Source: a virus
Virus record (IMG/VR): IMGVR_UViG_3300025425_000012
Strand: one strand, 5' to 3'
DNA: 64,000 bases
Below the pieces are notes generated by a model. That model was given only the letters and a program-made list of their open reading frames with translations. It did not search any database and was not told the DNA's origin. Every line of letters begins with the position of its first letter. Positions within the stretch are counted from its first letter, which is position 1. Of the stretch, positions 9,622 through 19,481 are shown one piece after another. The position numbers and the translations under genes were made by a program.

Positions 9622-9845
9622 TGGAAAAAGAACTTAAACAAGACATGAGTCGTTTAGTAGACCTTATGATTACTGCTGAGGCTGCACGTGACGCTATCGC
9701 AGAGCAAAAGAAACATATTAAATCAGAGTATGAGATTGCTATTCCTCTAATCACTAAGATTGCTACTATTTTGCGTAAAGATGCGTTAGACGAAGAAGAA
9801 GAAAAGTGGAATGAAATTAAAAATCTAGTAACAGAGTGTAAGTAG
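9621..9845 (+). CDS. hypothetical protein
   Basis: 74-aa ORF, ATG overlapping the upstream stop. Confidence 0.35.
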   Translation: MEKELKQDMSRLVDLMITAEAARDAIAEQKKHIKSEYEIAIPLITKIATILRKDALDEEEEKWNEIKNLVTECK

Positions 9846-9848
9846 CCT

Positions 9849-10115
9849 ATGGAAGATCTTTGTATGTCTGAGATCATGATGATTACTTATAACGATCATG
9901 ATACTTATGTAGTAGTAAAAGAACAGTTTGATAGACACTCTAGATGGAGCATTTTATCTCACTGTATTGTAATAAATAAAGAAACTGACATGTACTATAG
10001 AATTGACTATAGTGATCCTGCAACGGAGTTGCAACATGGTGGGCGTACAATCGAAGATTGTTATGAAGTAGCGCCTGTAGCTAAATCTGTAATTACCTAT
10101 GTTAAAGTTGAGTAG
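9849..10115 (+). CDS. hypothetical protein
   Basis: 88-aa ORF. Confidence 0.35.
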   Translation: MEDLCMSEIMMITYNDHDTYVVVKEQFDRHSRWSILSHCIVINKETDMYYRIDYSDPATELQHGGRTIEDCYEVAPVAKSVITYVKVE

Positions 10116-10445
10116 ATGTGTAACTGTATATCTTATAACAGGCCTGAGATCTCTGGTGGTACTATAGCGGAAGTAGTATTAGATAAGCCTATATGGATGT
10201 CTAAAGAGCGTAAAACAGTTTGTATTGATTCCTGTATTGTAGAATATATACTACTTTTATGGGCTAATAAAATAGAAACTTTAGGTTGTTGCTGTGGTCA
10301 TAATAACTTGTTTGATAGAAACGTAATAGTTAACTCTATAGATCACTTAGAAGCAGAAACTTTACTAAAAAATACAGATTTACAGGTAGTATCATGGCAA
10401 CTATGTTTACAAGCCCCGATAGTACAAGGTATTAAAACATGTTAG
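10116..10445 (+). CDS. hypothetical Cys-rich protein
   Basis: 109 aa with a CCCGH motif. Confidence 0.3.
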   Translation: MCNCISYNRPEISGGTIAEVVLDKPIWMSKERKTVCIDSCIVEYILLLWANKIETLGCCCGHNNLFDRNVIVNSIDHLEAETLLKNTDLQVVSWQLCLQAPIVQGIKTC

Positions 10446-10762
10446 AGCTATTCGCACTTATGGTTTTTGCACACGCATTAGCTGACTACCCTTTACAGGG
10501 AGACTTTCTATCTAAAGCTAAAAACCATAAAGATCCTATTCCTGGAATACCCTTTTATCATGCCCTAGGGGCACATAGCATAATTCAGGCTGGTTTTGTA
10601 GGTATAATTACAGGAATGATATGGTTAGCTATAGCTGAATTTTTTATACACGTAGCTACCGACTATGCTAAATGTGATGGTCGTATATCTTATAACACAG
10701 ATCAAGCTATTCATATTGGTTGTAAAGCCTTGTGGGCAGTATTAGCTGTACTAATTATTTAA
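10439..10762 (+). CDS. DUF3307-like integral membrane protein
   Basis: FAHALADYPLQGDFL motif and 3 predicted TM segments. Confidence 0.35.
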   Translation: MLELFALMVFAHALADYPLQGDFLSKAKNHKDPIPGIPFYHALGAHSIIQAGFVGIITGMIWLAIAEFFIHVATDYAKCDGRISYNTDQAIHIGCKALWAVLAVLII

Positions 10763-10966
10763 ATAAGGATATAATATGTCAAGGTATTTTGCTAGATCTG
10801 CTAGTGATAAAACTGATGATTGGCCATATTGGTATGTAGCAGATAGTGATAAAGGCAGCATGAATGTGACTAGCAGTCTTGAGCCAAACCTAAAAGGTAA
10901 ACTTCCTTTTCTAAACCCTTGGGATTGTGTAAAGCTTGCTATGAAATCTAATACAGAAGGTAAAAA

Positions 10967-11338
10967 ATGAGTCACGATCGAGGCTGTTATTGCGGTAAAG
11001 AACGCTGGGACTACCCAGAGTGTAAAGACCCTACTTGTTGGAAGCAACCAAGAGTAATATCTACAAAAGAGGTAGTATCACTAAAAGATATTGAACAATT
11101 ACAACAGGAAACCAAAATGAAGTCTTCTAAAGAGATTGCAGATATGCAAGCAGAAATTAATGAATTACAAAAGCAAGTTGCTAAGATTATAGAAACTATT
11201 GAAAAGATGAATGAGCCAGCTGTAGATACAGATGCTATTCGTGCAAATATGGCACTATTATCTGATAAAATTACAGATAAGACTTCAAGTGCAGCAGCAT
11301 CAGTGATGCGTTTTAAAGATCGTTTTACTGGGAAGTAG
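10967..11338 (+). CDS. hypothetical coiled-coil protein
   Basis: 123 aa. N-terminal Cys pairs, then a long heptad-like stretch (EQLQQETKMKSSKEIADMQAEINELQKQVAKIIETIEKM). Confidence 0.35.
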   Translation: MSHDRGCYCGKERWDYPECKDPTCWKQPRVISTKEVVSLKDIEQLQQETKMKSSKEIADMQAEINELQKQVAKIIETIEKMNEPAVDTDAIRANMALLSDKITDKTSSAAASVMRFKDRFTGK

Positions 11339-11734
11339 CTTAATGAGCAAAGTTCAAAATTCTAAAGATATTAGAGATCCTTGGACAGGAGAGAGTGGTA
11401 TTTATGCAGATGAGGCTCATGTCTATGAAAGAGCTATTCATTCCCGTCTTTTAGGTCCAAATGGTAAGCCTCTACTATATAAACAACCACCTCCTGTAGG
11501 TTTTGATTTAAGTAATCGTAATAAGGACTAAACTATGTCTGAGTTTGTAAAGAAAATTGCTTGTGACCACGTAGTAGCTTCATGCTTATGTGATACCTGT
11601 AATTTATACTGTGAGTGCAAAGTATCAGAATTACTATTTGGCGATGGTGATACTTTTAACTGTTTCAAGTGTAAAACTGTTTTATTATATAACGAGGATA
11701 TACTTCGTGATCTTTTCATAGAAATGTTTATTAA

Positions 11735-13000
11735 ATGAGAACTCTAGGTGTAAGCTATGGTGAACCTTATAGTGCTGTAGCTGTTTTAAACGATAGTAAA
11801 GTTACTGACGCTTATATGGAGTGTCAATTTAACAACTATACTGATACTTCTACTTTCCCAGAAAAAGCTATTAAATATCTAAAAAAAGACTATAGAACTT
11901 ATGGTTACGCAGCTTTTACTAATCCTAAACTATTTTCTGATTTTAAAAAGCGCATTGGTACTTTAGTAGACGCATATCCTGTATTAGTCGATGAACGCGA
12001 AGCTTTAGCTATGTCTTCTATCATCACTAAGCAATGGGATAATTGCGCTGTTATTGTGTCTGATTATAAGCATACTAGTCTAGGTTATTATGTTGCTGGT
12101 AAATTTTACTGGATTAAAGAATTTAAATATCCTAATTCGTTAGCACTTTTCTTTTCTAGCTCTATGGCTATGTTAGGGAATAAACCTGTTTATGGCGAGC
12201 AAAACGCGATATGGAATTCAATTAACTTCGGAGATATTAACGATACTCTTGAGCAGCTTATGCTTAATGATATTATACGTCTTACAGAAGATGGCTATTC
12301 TCTATTAGGTGATTATGAAAACTTCTTAGGCCCTTATAAAAACGATCATAACTTAGGAGCAACTATTAATTCTGTGTATACAAAAGCTATTTCACACTTA
12401 GCAACATGGTTACAGACAAAGATTGATTCTCCTAACCTAGCTTTTGCAGGTATTGGTGCTAATAACTTTACTGTTACGCATTCTTTAAATAAAGTTTACG
12501 AGAATGTAGCTGTACATACAGCTCCTAGTGGTGCTGCTAAAGCACTTGGAGCAGCTGCCCTAGTTGACTACCCTCTATACGAAAACGCCTACCTAGGCAA
12601 AGACGCTAAATCGGGTCTTAGTATAGAGAGAATTGCTGAATTACTACTTAAAGGTAAAACTGTTTCTACTAATATAGGTAGAGAAGCCTTTTCTATAAAC
12701 TCTTTAGGAGTTCGTAGTAAAATAGCTGTACCCTTCTTACCTATTTTAGATAGTCCTGACTTTGTTCAACATTCAGCATTTTGCCAAGAACGAGACTTTA
12801 ATACCTATTTTAGCGGTAGACAATCCAAAGAAGATACTGGTTTTGTTAATGTAACTGCTGAATCAAATTATAAAAGAGCAAGTGCGCGTACTTTTGTTGT
12901 ATCACCTTCTTCAAACCCTATTTTACATAGGATTTTAGAAATTACTAGAAGTCAGGGATACCCAGTACTTATGTGTGCAAACAGGAAACTTATTGTATAA
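11735..13000 (+). CDS. carbamoyltransferase (NodU/CmcH family) N-terminal domain protein
   Basis: Start MRTLGVSYGEPYSAVAVLND resembles MKILGISAFYHDSAAALV of NodU/TobZ. FAGIGANNFTV...VHTAPSGAAKALGAAALV matches FVAGGVGLNA...PPVASDIGVSLGAAAAV (Kae1/YgjD-like fold). The C-terminal carbamoyltransferase domain is absent. Confidence 0.45.
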   Translation: MRTLGVSYGEPYSAVAVLNDSKVTDAYMECQFNNYTDTSTFPEKAIKYLKKDYRTYGYAAFTNPKLFSDFKKRIGTLVDAYPVLVDEREALAMSSIITKQWDNCAVIVSDYKHTSLGYYVAGKFYWIKEFKYPNSLALFFSSSMAMLGNKPVYGEQNAIWNSINFGDINDTLEQLMLNDIIRLTEDGYSLLGDYENFLGPYKNDHNLGATINSVYTKAISHLATWLQTKIDSPNLAFAGIGANNFTVTHSLNKVYENVAVHTAPSGAAKALGAAALVDYPLYENAYLGKDAKSGLSIERIAELLLKGKTVSTNIGREAFSINSLGVRSKIAVPFLPILDSPDFVQHSAFCQERDFNTYFSGRQSKEDTGFVNVTAESNYKRASARTFVVSPSSNPILHRILEITRSQGYPVLMCANRKLIV

Positions 13001-13643
13001 TTATACAACTAAAATGTCTGTAGAAACCTTAACTACCGGCAGAACTTACCATACTCCTGAAGGGTCATTCCCTTCAATTACTACTATCCTAGGTGCAACA
13101 TCTAACAACGCTTGGCTACAGCGCTGGAAAGAGCGTGTCGGAGAAGAAGAAGCTGCTAGAATATCAAAAATAGCTACTGATCGAGGAACTCTTATTCACG
13201 ATTTTGCAGAGAGACATTTTAATGGTGAAGAAATATTTCTTGATAATCAACCCCCCGACGTAATACAAATGACTAACGACCTAATTAAGATAGTATCTTC
13301 AGGCGTAGAAGAGATATGGGGTCAAGAACAGATCCTATGGAGTAAAAAATATAAAGCAGCAGGTAGAACTGATATGGTAGGCACCTGGAAAGGTAAGCCT
13401 ACCATTATTGATTTTAAGACCTCTAAAAAACGTAAATCTAGTAGTCAGATTAGAGACTATTTTTTACAGTGTTGTTTCTATGCTATAGCTCATAATGAAA
13501 TGTTCGGTACAGGTATTAAAGATTGTGTAATCGCAGTAACGGTGGATGGTGCCGCTCCTCAACTTTTTGAAAAAGCTGTACCCCCTTTTCTATATGAATT
13601 TAAGAATAGAAGACTTGACTATACAAGATTGAAAGGTGTATAA
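12975..13643 (+). CDS. PD-(D/E)xK family nuclease (RecB/Cas4-like exonuclease fold)
   Basis: GTLIHDFAE ... RTDMVGTWKGKPTIIDFKTSKK gives D...(E/D)xK spacing typical of PD-(D/E)xK nucleases. Confidence 0.45.
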   Translation: MQTGNLLYNYTTKMSVETLTTGRTYHTPEGSFPSITTILGATSNNAWLQRWKERVGEEEAARISKIATDRGTLIHDFAERHFNGEEIFLDNQPPDVIQMTNDLIKIVSSGVEEIWGQEQILWSKKYKAAGRTDMVGTWKGKPTIIDFKTSKKRKSSSQIRDYFLQCCFYAIAHNEMFGTGIKDCVIAVTVDGAAPQLFEKAVPPFLYEFKNRRLDYTRLKGV

Positions 13644-13884
13644 TGAAGAATATGATTATGAGCTTATTTAAAAGGAAAAAGGTTGTTAACAAAGAACAAC
13701 TTGTGTATCCGTGGCTATATGACTAGACGTTTAAAAAAAGATTTAATAAAGTTATTTGCTGATGCTTTGATGGATGAGAGAGATAGACGTTTTATTAACG
13801 GTTGTCTACGTTGTCAACAAAATCACCCTCAATTAACTGCTAATCAATGGAGTCTAGTTAAGCAGTTGGAAGAGAAATATAAAA

Positions 13885-14232
13885 ATGGCAAAAGCAGCTA
13901 ACGTAAAAAGACTACCTTCTGGTAGAATTGAGTATAGAGGAGAGACTTTTTCGGGTTTTAATAAGCCTAAGAAAAATAGCTCATCCTCTAAACATAAGCA
14001 AGTAGTTCTAGCTAAAAAAGGTGATGAAGTTAAGCTAATTAGATTTGGTCATAAAGATTATGGACACAACTACTCTAAAGAAGCTAGAACTAGTTATCTC
14101 GCAAGAAGTGCAGGTATAAAAGACAAAAGTGGTAAGCTTACAAAAGATAATAAGTTTAGTGCTAACTATTGGGCTAGAAAAGAGCTATGGTCTGGGCCTT
14201 CTGGCGCTAAAAAATCACCTAAAAAAGGATAA
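13885..14232 (+). CDS. hypothetical basic protein
   Basis: 115 aa, lysine-rich. Confidence 0.35.
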   Translation: MAKAANVKRLPSGRIEYRGETFSGFNKPKKNSSSSKHKQVVLAKKGDEVKLIRFGHKDYGHNYSKEARTSYLARSAGIKDKSGKLTKDNKFSANYWARKELWSGPSGAKKSPKKG

Positions 14233-14237
14233 TTATT

Positions 14238-14513
14238 ATGATAAGAGATATTAAAAATATGGCTAATTGGGACGAAGCAGCTAGATGGTTAGCAAAACAC
14301 GGACATGGTTTAGAGCAAATTCGACTTCAAAAGTTAGAATGGGAACTTATGCAAGCTCCTAGTACTCCAGAACCTGTTGAAAAAGTAGTAACATCTACTC
14401 CGGTAGCTAAAGTAATGCCTACCCCAACGGCTAAAGTAATGCCTACCTCAACAACTAAAATAGCACCAGCTAAAGGTACTACTACTACCCCTGCACCTAA
14501 TAGTAAAAAATGA
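14238..14513 (+). CDS. hypothetical protein with Thr/Pro-rich tandem repeat tail
   Basis: C-terminus TPVAKVMPTPTAKVMPTSTTKIAPAKGTTTTPAP is encoded by a 24-bp tandem repeat. Confidence 0.35.
   Translation: MIRDIKNMANWDEAARWLAKHGHGLEQIRLQKLEWELMQAPSTPEPVEKVVTSTPVAKVMPTPTAKVMPTSTTKIAPAKGTTTTPAPNSKK
14406..14453 (+). repeat. 24-bp tandem direct repeat x2 inside a CDS (gctaaagtaatgcctacc...)
   Basis: gctaaagtaatgcctaccccaacg / gctaaagtaatgcctacctcaaca seen directly. Confidence 0.7.
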
Positions 14514-15334
14514 AGATAGCAATTATTGGCTATGGTTTTGTAGGTAAAGCCGTTAGTTATGGGTTCTCAGATACAAGATTAAAGCAAACATTGATTGACC
14601 CTATTCTAGGTTTATCGCTAGCAGACGTGAATATCCATACTCACGGCTGTATTTTTGTTTGCCTACCTACTCCTATGGGAGACGACGGTTCTATAGATTC
14701 TAGTATTTTAGATTCAGTACTAAATGAAGTACTAAATATACGCGGCTATAAAGGCTTAGTTATTATAAAATCTACTGTTACTCCTGATATTATTCGTAAA
14801 TATGAAAACTATAAGGTCGTTTATAATCCTGAGTTTCTAACAGAGAAAAAAGCAGAAGAACAGTTTGTAAATCCTGATTTTCATGTGTTTGGTGGTCGTA
14901 AAGCATACACTAATTTTGTAGAACAACTATATAAAAAGTATAGTTTATGCGCCCCCTGTCCTGTATTTCATACTAGCTTATCAGAAGCTAGTATAATTAA
15001 ATATGCAGTAAACTCTTACCTAGCTGTTAAAGTTACCTTCTTTAATCAGTTATACGATCTATGCGAAAAAGAAAACGATGCTAGCTTTAATACCATCGTA
15101 AACGCTGTAATAACTGATCCAAGAATTGGTAGCTCTCATACTAGGGTTCCAGGTTTTGATAGGAAACGCGGTTTTGGAGGCTCTTGTTTCCCAAAAGATA
15201 CCTCTGCAATTTCTAACTATACAGACACTCTTTCTTTAGTAGAAGCAGTTATTAAAATTAACAACACTTATAGAGAAGGCTATGATTTAGATGATAGAGA
15301 AAAAGAACAATCCATACGGTTTTCATCCAAATAG
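14510..15334 (+). CDS. UDP-glucose/GDP-mannose 6-dehydrogenase family protein, C-terminally truncated (no UDP-binding domain)
   Basis: N-terminal MKIAIIGYGFVGKAV Rossmann motif and catalytic-Cys motif GFGGSCFPKD. The ORF ends about 50 aa after the active-site Cys with TAG. Confidence 0.55.
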   Translation: MKIAIIGYGFVGKAVSYGFSDTRLKQTLIDPILGLSLADVNIHTHGCIFVCLPTPMGDDGSIDSSILDSVLNEVLNIRGYKGLVIIKSTVTPDIIRKYENYKVVYNPEFLTEKKAEEQFVNPDFHVFGGRKAYTNFVEQLYKKYSLCAPCPVFHTSLSEASIIKYAVNSYLAVKVTFFNQLYDLCEKENDASFNTIVNAVITDPRIGSSHTRVPGFDRKRGFGGSCFPKDTSAISNYTDTLSLVEAVIKINNTYREGYDLDDREKEQSIRFSSK

Positions 15335-15713
15335 TATATATATTAGTTATGTTGAGCCAGAATCGCATCGTATAATCGCGTCTGGTAGACGTTGTGGAAA
15401 AACAGCTATGATGACAGAGTACCTTAAAACAGTTATACATAATCTTCAAGAGGATCAAGATAATAAACCTGGGTACCATCTTACAGAGATTACGAAAGGT
15501 GAAATAGGCACTTTATCTAAGATTCAAGAAGAGCTTGATGAACTTAAAGACGCAGAAGAACAAGGCGTTGCTATACTTGCACTCGTAGAGCTTTCTGATC
15601 TATATGGTGCTATTGACTCATATCTAGAAGTTAATTTTCCAGACACTTCTATGGAGGATCTATCTGATATGAGTAACGTAACTAAGCGCGCATTTAAAAA
15701 TGGAAGAAGATAA
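15291..15713 (+). CDS. hypothetical acidic protein
   Basis: 140-aa ORF overlapping the dehydrogenase 3' end in another frame. Confidence 0.3.
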   Translation: MIEKKNNPYGFHPNSIYISYVEPESHRIIASGRRCGKTAMMTEYLKTVIHNLQEDQDNKPGYHLTEITKGEIGTLSKIQEELDELKDAEEQGVAILALVELSDLYGAIDSYLEVNFPDTSMEDLSDMSNVTKRAFKNGRR

Positions 15714-16267
15714 TGACACATATTGATTGGGTAAAGATTGGTGAAGCCGTAAGTTTTTATAAAGCTTGCGGCTATACTTATATAGATGTTCCTTGGAGAG
15801 TAGATATTGATTCAATTAAAGAAACCATAGATGAGCCTAGTATTATTAAAACCTCAAACGGCTTAGGGCTTATAGGTTCCGCAGAGCAATCGTTTATATA
15901 CTTAACTCGTCAAGGGTTACTTAGACCTGGACGTTATGTAAGCTGTACTCCTTGCTTTAGAGTAGAGCCGGAGTATAATAATCTCAGCAAACCTGAGTTT
16001 ATGAAAGTAGAACTATTTGATTCCTCCTCTTTTGTACACTACGATCTAACAATGATGATCTCAAAAGCTGGGCAATTTTTCTCTATGTATACTAAAGATG
16101 TTGAACTAGTTAAAACATTAGAGGGTTATGATTATGTATTAAATGGTATAGAGATCGGTTCTTATGGTTTACGGTATTTTAGAGATACAGAAGGTGTAAA
16201 TAACTTTTCTTGGAACTATGGCACAGGTTTAGCAGAACCTAGATTTTCAACGGCATTAGAGACATGA
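15713..16267 (+). CDS. class II aminoacyl-tRNA synthetase-like minimal catalytic core (AsnA/AspRS/LysRS-like motifs 1-3)
   Basis: Motif 1-like ACGYTYIDVPW. Motif 2-like RYVSCTPCFRVEPEYNNLSKPEFMKVELF (compare the class-II aaRS motif fRnE...h.PEFTm.E). Motif 3-like GIEIGSYG...GTGLAEPRF. Only 184 aa. Confidence 0.4.
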   Translation: MTHIDWVKIGEAVSFYKACGYTYIDVPWRVDIDSIKETIDEPSIIKTSNGLGLIGSAEQSFIYLTRQGLLRPGRYVSCTPCFRVEPEYNNLSKPEFMKVELFDSSSFVHYDLTMMISKAGQFFSMYTKDVELVKTLEGYDYVLNGIEIGSYGLRYFRDTEGVNNFSWNYGTGLAEPRFSTALET

Positions 16268-16974
16268 AAAAAACTATAGAATTTAAACTATTACATGACT
16301 TTCCGGGACTAGATATTACCCCTCCGCAACCTGCTAAGAAGCTAATGCCACAGTGGTTTAAGTCTATGCCTAGGGAAAATGAAGACGATGACACAGTAAA
16401 AAAATGTATCCCGTTTATTGACGCTATGACTGCGGGCTACATTATAACTACTCATATTGATATTATACTGAATCAAACACCTGACGGTAAGCTTCACTTA
16501 AAGTATCTTGGCGACTATCATAAAAAACTAATTGATAAATGGCCTCCTATTGAGACACACCCAGAACGACAAGTTCCTAACTCTCCTCTCACTTCTTCAA
16601 CTGTGCTAAAGTATATGAACCCTTGGAGAATTAGTACCCCTAAAAACTACTCTCTTATATTTACTCAACTAATGAATAGATATGAAAGTAAACTTATACC
16701 TATCAGTGGTTTAGTAGATACCGATATGTATAAAAACGTAGTTAATATTCCCTTTATTCATCTAGATGTATATCCAGGCGGTCCGGAAATTCATATTCCT
16801 GTAGGTACTCCTGTTTGTCAAATCATACCAGTAAAACGTGATGAATGGGCTGCTCAAACTCGTATCAATGACGGTGGTGATATTAAAGAGACGGTAAAAC
16901 AACGAACTGAAATGACAGCAGATAGAGCTGAATGGTACAGACGTAAAATTCATCAGAAAAAATCTTTTAACTAG
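16264..16974 (+). CDS. cupin / 2OG-Fe(II) oxygenase-like protein (tentative)
   Basis: HID ... H pattern (TTHIDIIL, ...IHIPVGTPV) in a beta-rich 236-aa protein. Weak. Confidence 0.25.
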   Translation: MKKTIEFKLLHDFPGLDITPPQPAKKLMPQWFKSMPRENEDDDTVKKCIPFIDAMTAGYIITTHIDIILNQTPDGKLHLKYLGDYHKKLIDKWPPIETHPERQVPNSPLTSSTVLKYMNPWRISTPKNYSLIFTQLMNRYESKLIPISGLVDTDMYKNVVNIPFIHLDVYPGGPEIHIPVGTPVCQIIPVKRDEWAAQTRINDGGDIKETVKQRTEMTADRAEWYRRKIHQKKSFN

Positions 16975-17047
16975 CTATAAAACATATTTTCATATTGCCT
17001 GTACGTTAAATAGATGTTATTTTACATAAAAGTAATCAGGAGACTTT

Positions 17048-18115
17048 ATGGAATATTTTAACAAAACACAGACAGACTGGCGTATTTCTCAATGCTGTCA
17101 GTTTAATGATAAAGATTTGGCAAAACGCTATAATCTTGGTACTACTACTAAGACTTATGCTTTAAAAGACGGTGGTAAAGAGCGAGTACAACAAAAAGCT
17201 TTAGCTAACGTAGCTAAGCTAGAGGACATTATTACTAACTATTTTCCAACACAACCTCGTAACTTGCGTGCTTTTCGTATATCGTCTGAGCTATTTCCTT
17301 GTTATACTCTTGACTTTACTACTGATTGGTATAAAGAAATCTGGGAAGATCTTAGTGTTATACTGGCACGAACTGGTGAGCAAGCTAAAAAACACGAAAT
17401 CAGACTGAGTGTGCATCCAGGGCAGTTTACTGTTCTCGGATCAGACAAAGCTAATGTAGTAGAAAACTCAGTTGCAGACTTAGAATACCATGCACATTAT
17501 GGTAAGCTGATGAATATACCTGCCGAAGACTTTGTAATGAATATTCACTTACAAGGTTTGTATGGAGGTAAACATATTGATGGTATTAAACGCTTTGCTT
17601 CTAATTTTAGCTATTTATCAGACTATGCTCAGAAGTGTTTAGCAGTAGAAAACGAAGATAAGCCTAATGGTTATGACATTGAACATACTATAGAATTAGC
17701 ACAACGTATTCCTACACGATGCACTCTTGATACTCATCATTATGCTTGCCACCGTATGTTGCATACTGAAAAAGTTCATGAAAACGGTAAGATTGTAAAC
17801 CGTAAAATTCGTGATGTACAGCATATTACAGCTAATTCCGACTTTTTTAAAGAAGCAGTAAAAACTTGGAAAGGTAGACGACCTTTATTCCACAAGTCTC
17901 AGTCACATCATCCAGATAATTCAGAGTATTGGATGAAAGTCAACGCCCATAGTAACGTATTTTGGGACGAAGAACTTATGGCTAACCATGTACCTATGTT
18001 AGAATATGCAGACTTCGATATTGAAGCTAAACATAAAGAGATTGCTGTTGCAGGTTTTTATAGCTTTATTAAAGAAGAACAAAATATGAGCGGTGAAAAG
18101 ATTATATGTAAATGA
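17048..18115 (+). CDS. uvsE: UV damage endonuclease UvdE/UvsE
   Basis: FRISSELFPCYTLDF...EIRLSVHPGQFTVLGSDKANVVENSVADLEYHAHYGKLMNIPAEDFVMNIHLQGLYGGK...LAVENEDK...CTLDTHHY is co-linear with B. subtilis UvsE (YRFSSSIVP...LRTSFHPNQFTLFTSP...INIHIGGAYGNK...TLENDDKTYT...FDFHHF). Confidence 0.8.
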   Translation: MEYFNKTQTDWRISQCCQFNDKDLAKRYNLGTTTKTYALKDGGKERVQQKALANVAKLEDIITNYFPTQPRNLRAFRISSELFPCYTLDFTTDWYKEIWEDLSVILARTGEQAKKHEIRLSVHPGQFTVLGSDKANVVENSVADLEYHAHYGKLMNIPAEDFVMNIHLQGLYGGKHIDGIKRFASNFSYLSDYAQKCLAVENEDKPNGYDIEHTIELAQRIPTRCTLDTHHYACHRMLHTEKVHENGKIVNRKIRDVQHITANSDFFKEAVKTWKGRRPLFHKSQSHHPDNSEYWMKVNAHSNVFWDEELMANHVPMLEYADFDIEAKHKEIAVAGFYSFIKEEQNMSGEKIICK

Positions 18116-18837
18116 TAAATAAATACTTTTGTGAAGCAGTATCGTTATGCTCTCTAGCTTATGCTAAAAATAAAGTTATAGAAAGAGGACTATTTCATAA
18201 AGGTTACGTAGATATACATTTTATAGAAAAAAAACTATATAAAGGTTTTATAGCGTATAATCCTTCAGATAATAAGTGTTACTTAGCCCTAAGCGGCGTA
18301 CCTCCTGGAACTTTTCTACGATCTGGAGTACAATTATTAACTTGGAAGTTACAAAGCCATAACAATAGTAAAGTTTATAGCACTTTTTTATACCATGCAG
18401 ATAGCCTAAAAGATATACTAGATAGCTATATTGAGAAGTACCCTACTGCCTCATTTATGTACACAGGGCATTCTCTAGGCGCTGCTATATGTACCATTCT
18501 ATGTTTACACAAAGCTCCTACTATGTTAGTTACTTATGGGTCACCAAAAGTAGGAGATAAGCATTTTGTTAGAAACCTAGATAAGTTAAAAATAAATCAT
18601 TTCAGATTCGTAGCTTGTAATGATGATGTAACTACGCTACCTTTATGGTGTTATGGGTTAAAACATCATGGAGCTGAAATATACATTAATTTTTATGGAC
18701 ATATTAGAGATTCTACTAAGTTTCAAAAAAGTAAGGATAAGTTTAGAGCTAAGATCAGTATGAATAAGGCTCATTCTATATATAAAGCACATAATATAGA
18801 TAACTACTACTATAAAATACTCAAAGCATATAGATAG
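18112..18837 (+). CDS. class 3 lipase-like alpha/beta hydrolase
   Basis: Nucleophile elbow YTGHSLGAAICTIL (GHSLGxA). 241 aa. Confidence 0.5.
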   Translation: MINKYFCEAVSLCSLAYAKNKVIERGLFHKGYVDIHFIEKKLYKGFIAYNPSDNKCYLALSGVPPGTFLRSGVQLLTWKLQSHNNSKVYSTFLYHADSLKDILDSYIEKYPTASFMYTGHSLGAAICTILCLHKAPTMLVTYGSPKVGDKHFVRNLDKLKINHFRFVACNDDVTTLPLWCYGLKHHGAEIYINFYGHIRDSTKFQKSKDKFRAKISMNKAHSIYKAHNIDNYYYKILKAYR

Positions 18838-19220
18838 TTTTAGTATAAAACTGTAATGCTTTAAACTAAATATTTGGTAATCATAATAAAATAAAGTATA
18901 ATGGGGGTAAGAAATTACCCTCATTTTTTATGGAAAGAAGTAACTATGAATACATATAGAGCTATGAGTTGCTGCCCTACATGCAGCTATGAACACGAAG
19001 TTTGGTTCCACAAAGGGAAGATTGAACCCACAGCGGTATTAGAGTGTGAGCGTTGTTCTCAGATATACCCACCAGAGCACTTTATTATGAGTTTACTAGA
19101 ACTGCGAAAAGATGTTTCTATTTCTGCTATATTACTAGGGCGTTAGTTTTAATTCAAGTTGCTTATCGCTTATTTCAATGTTATATTAGTTTATACAACA
19201 AATTAAAAAAGGTTTCTATC

Positions 19221-19481
19221 ATGGGTGTTAAAAAAGGCGGTAAGTCTAAAGGTGTACGTTCAAATGGTGAACGTCCTAACGTCGCTAAGAAAATCTCTAA
19301 TGCAGTGCGTTTGGATTATGTAGGTACAGCCGATCAGCTGATTAATCAGCTACGTGCGCATCGCAAGGGTCGGCGGGTGTCTGTAACTATTGGAAACCCC
19401 AATAAAGCAGAGACTAATAAGCGTTTTATCAAGGTTCCTGGGAGTGTAGCATTTAAAAATGCCGAAAAACCGAAGAAGTAA
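19221..19481 (+). CDS. hypothetical basic protein
   Basis: MGVKKGGKSKGVRSNGERPNVAKK... The ATG at 19221 follows aaaaaggtttctatcATG. The longer listed ORF starts in the untranslated region. Confidence 0.35.
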   Translation: MGVKKGGKSKGVRSNGERPNVAKKISNAVRLDYVGTADQLINQLRAHRKGRRVSVTIGNPNKAETNKRFIKVPGSVAFKNAEKPKK

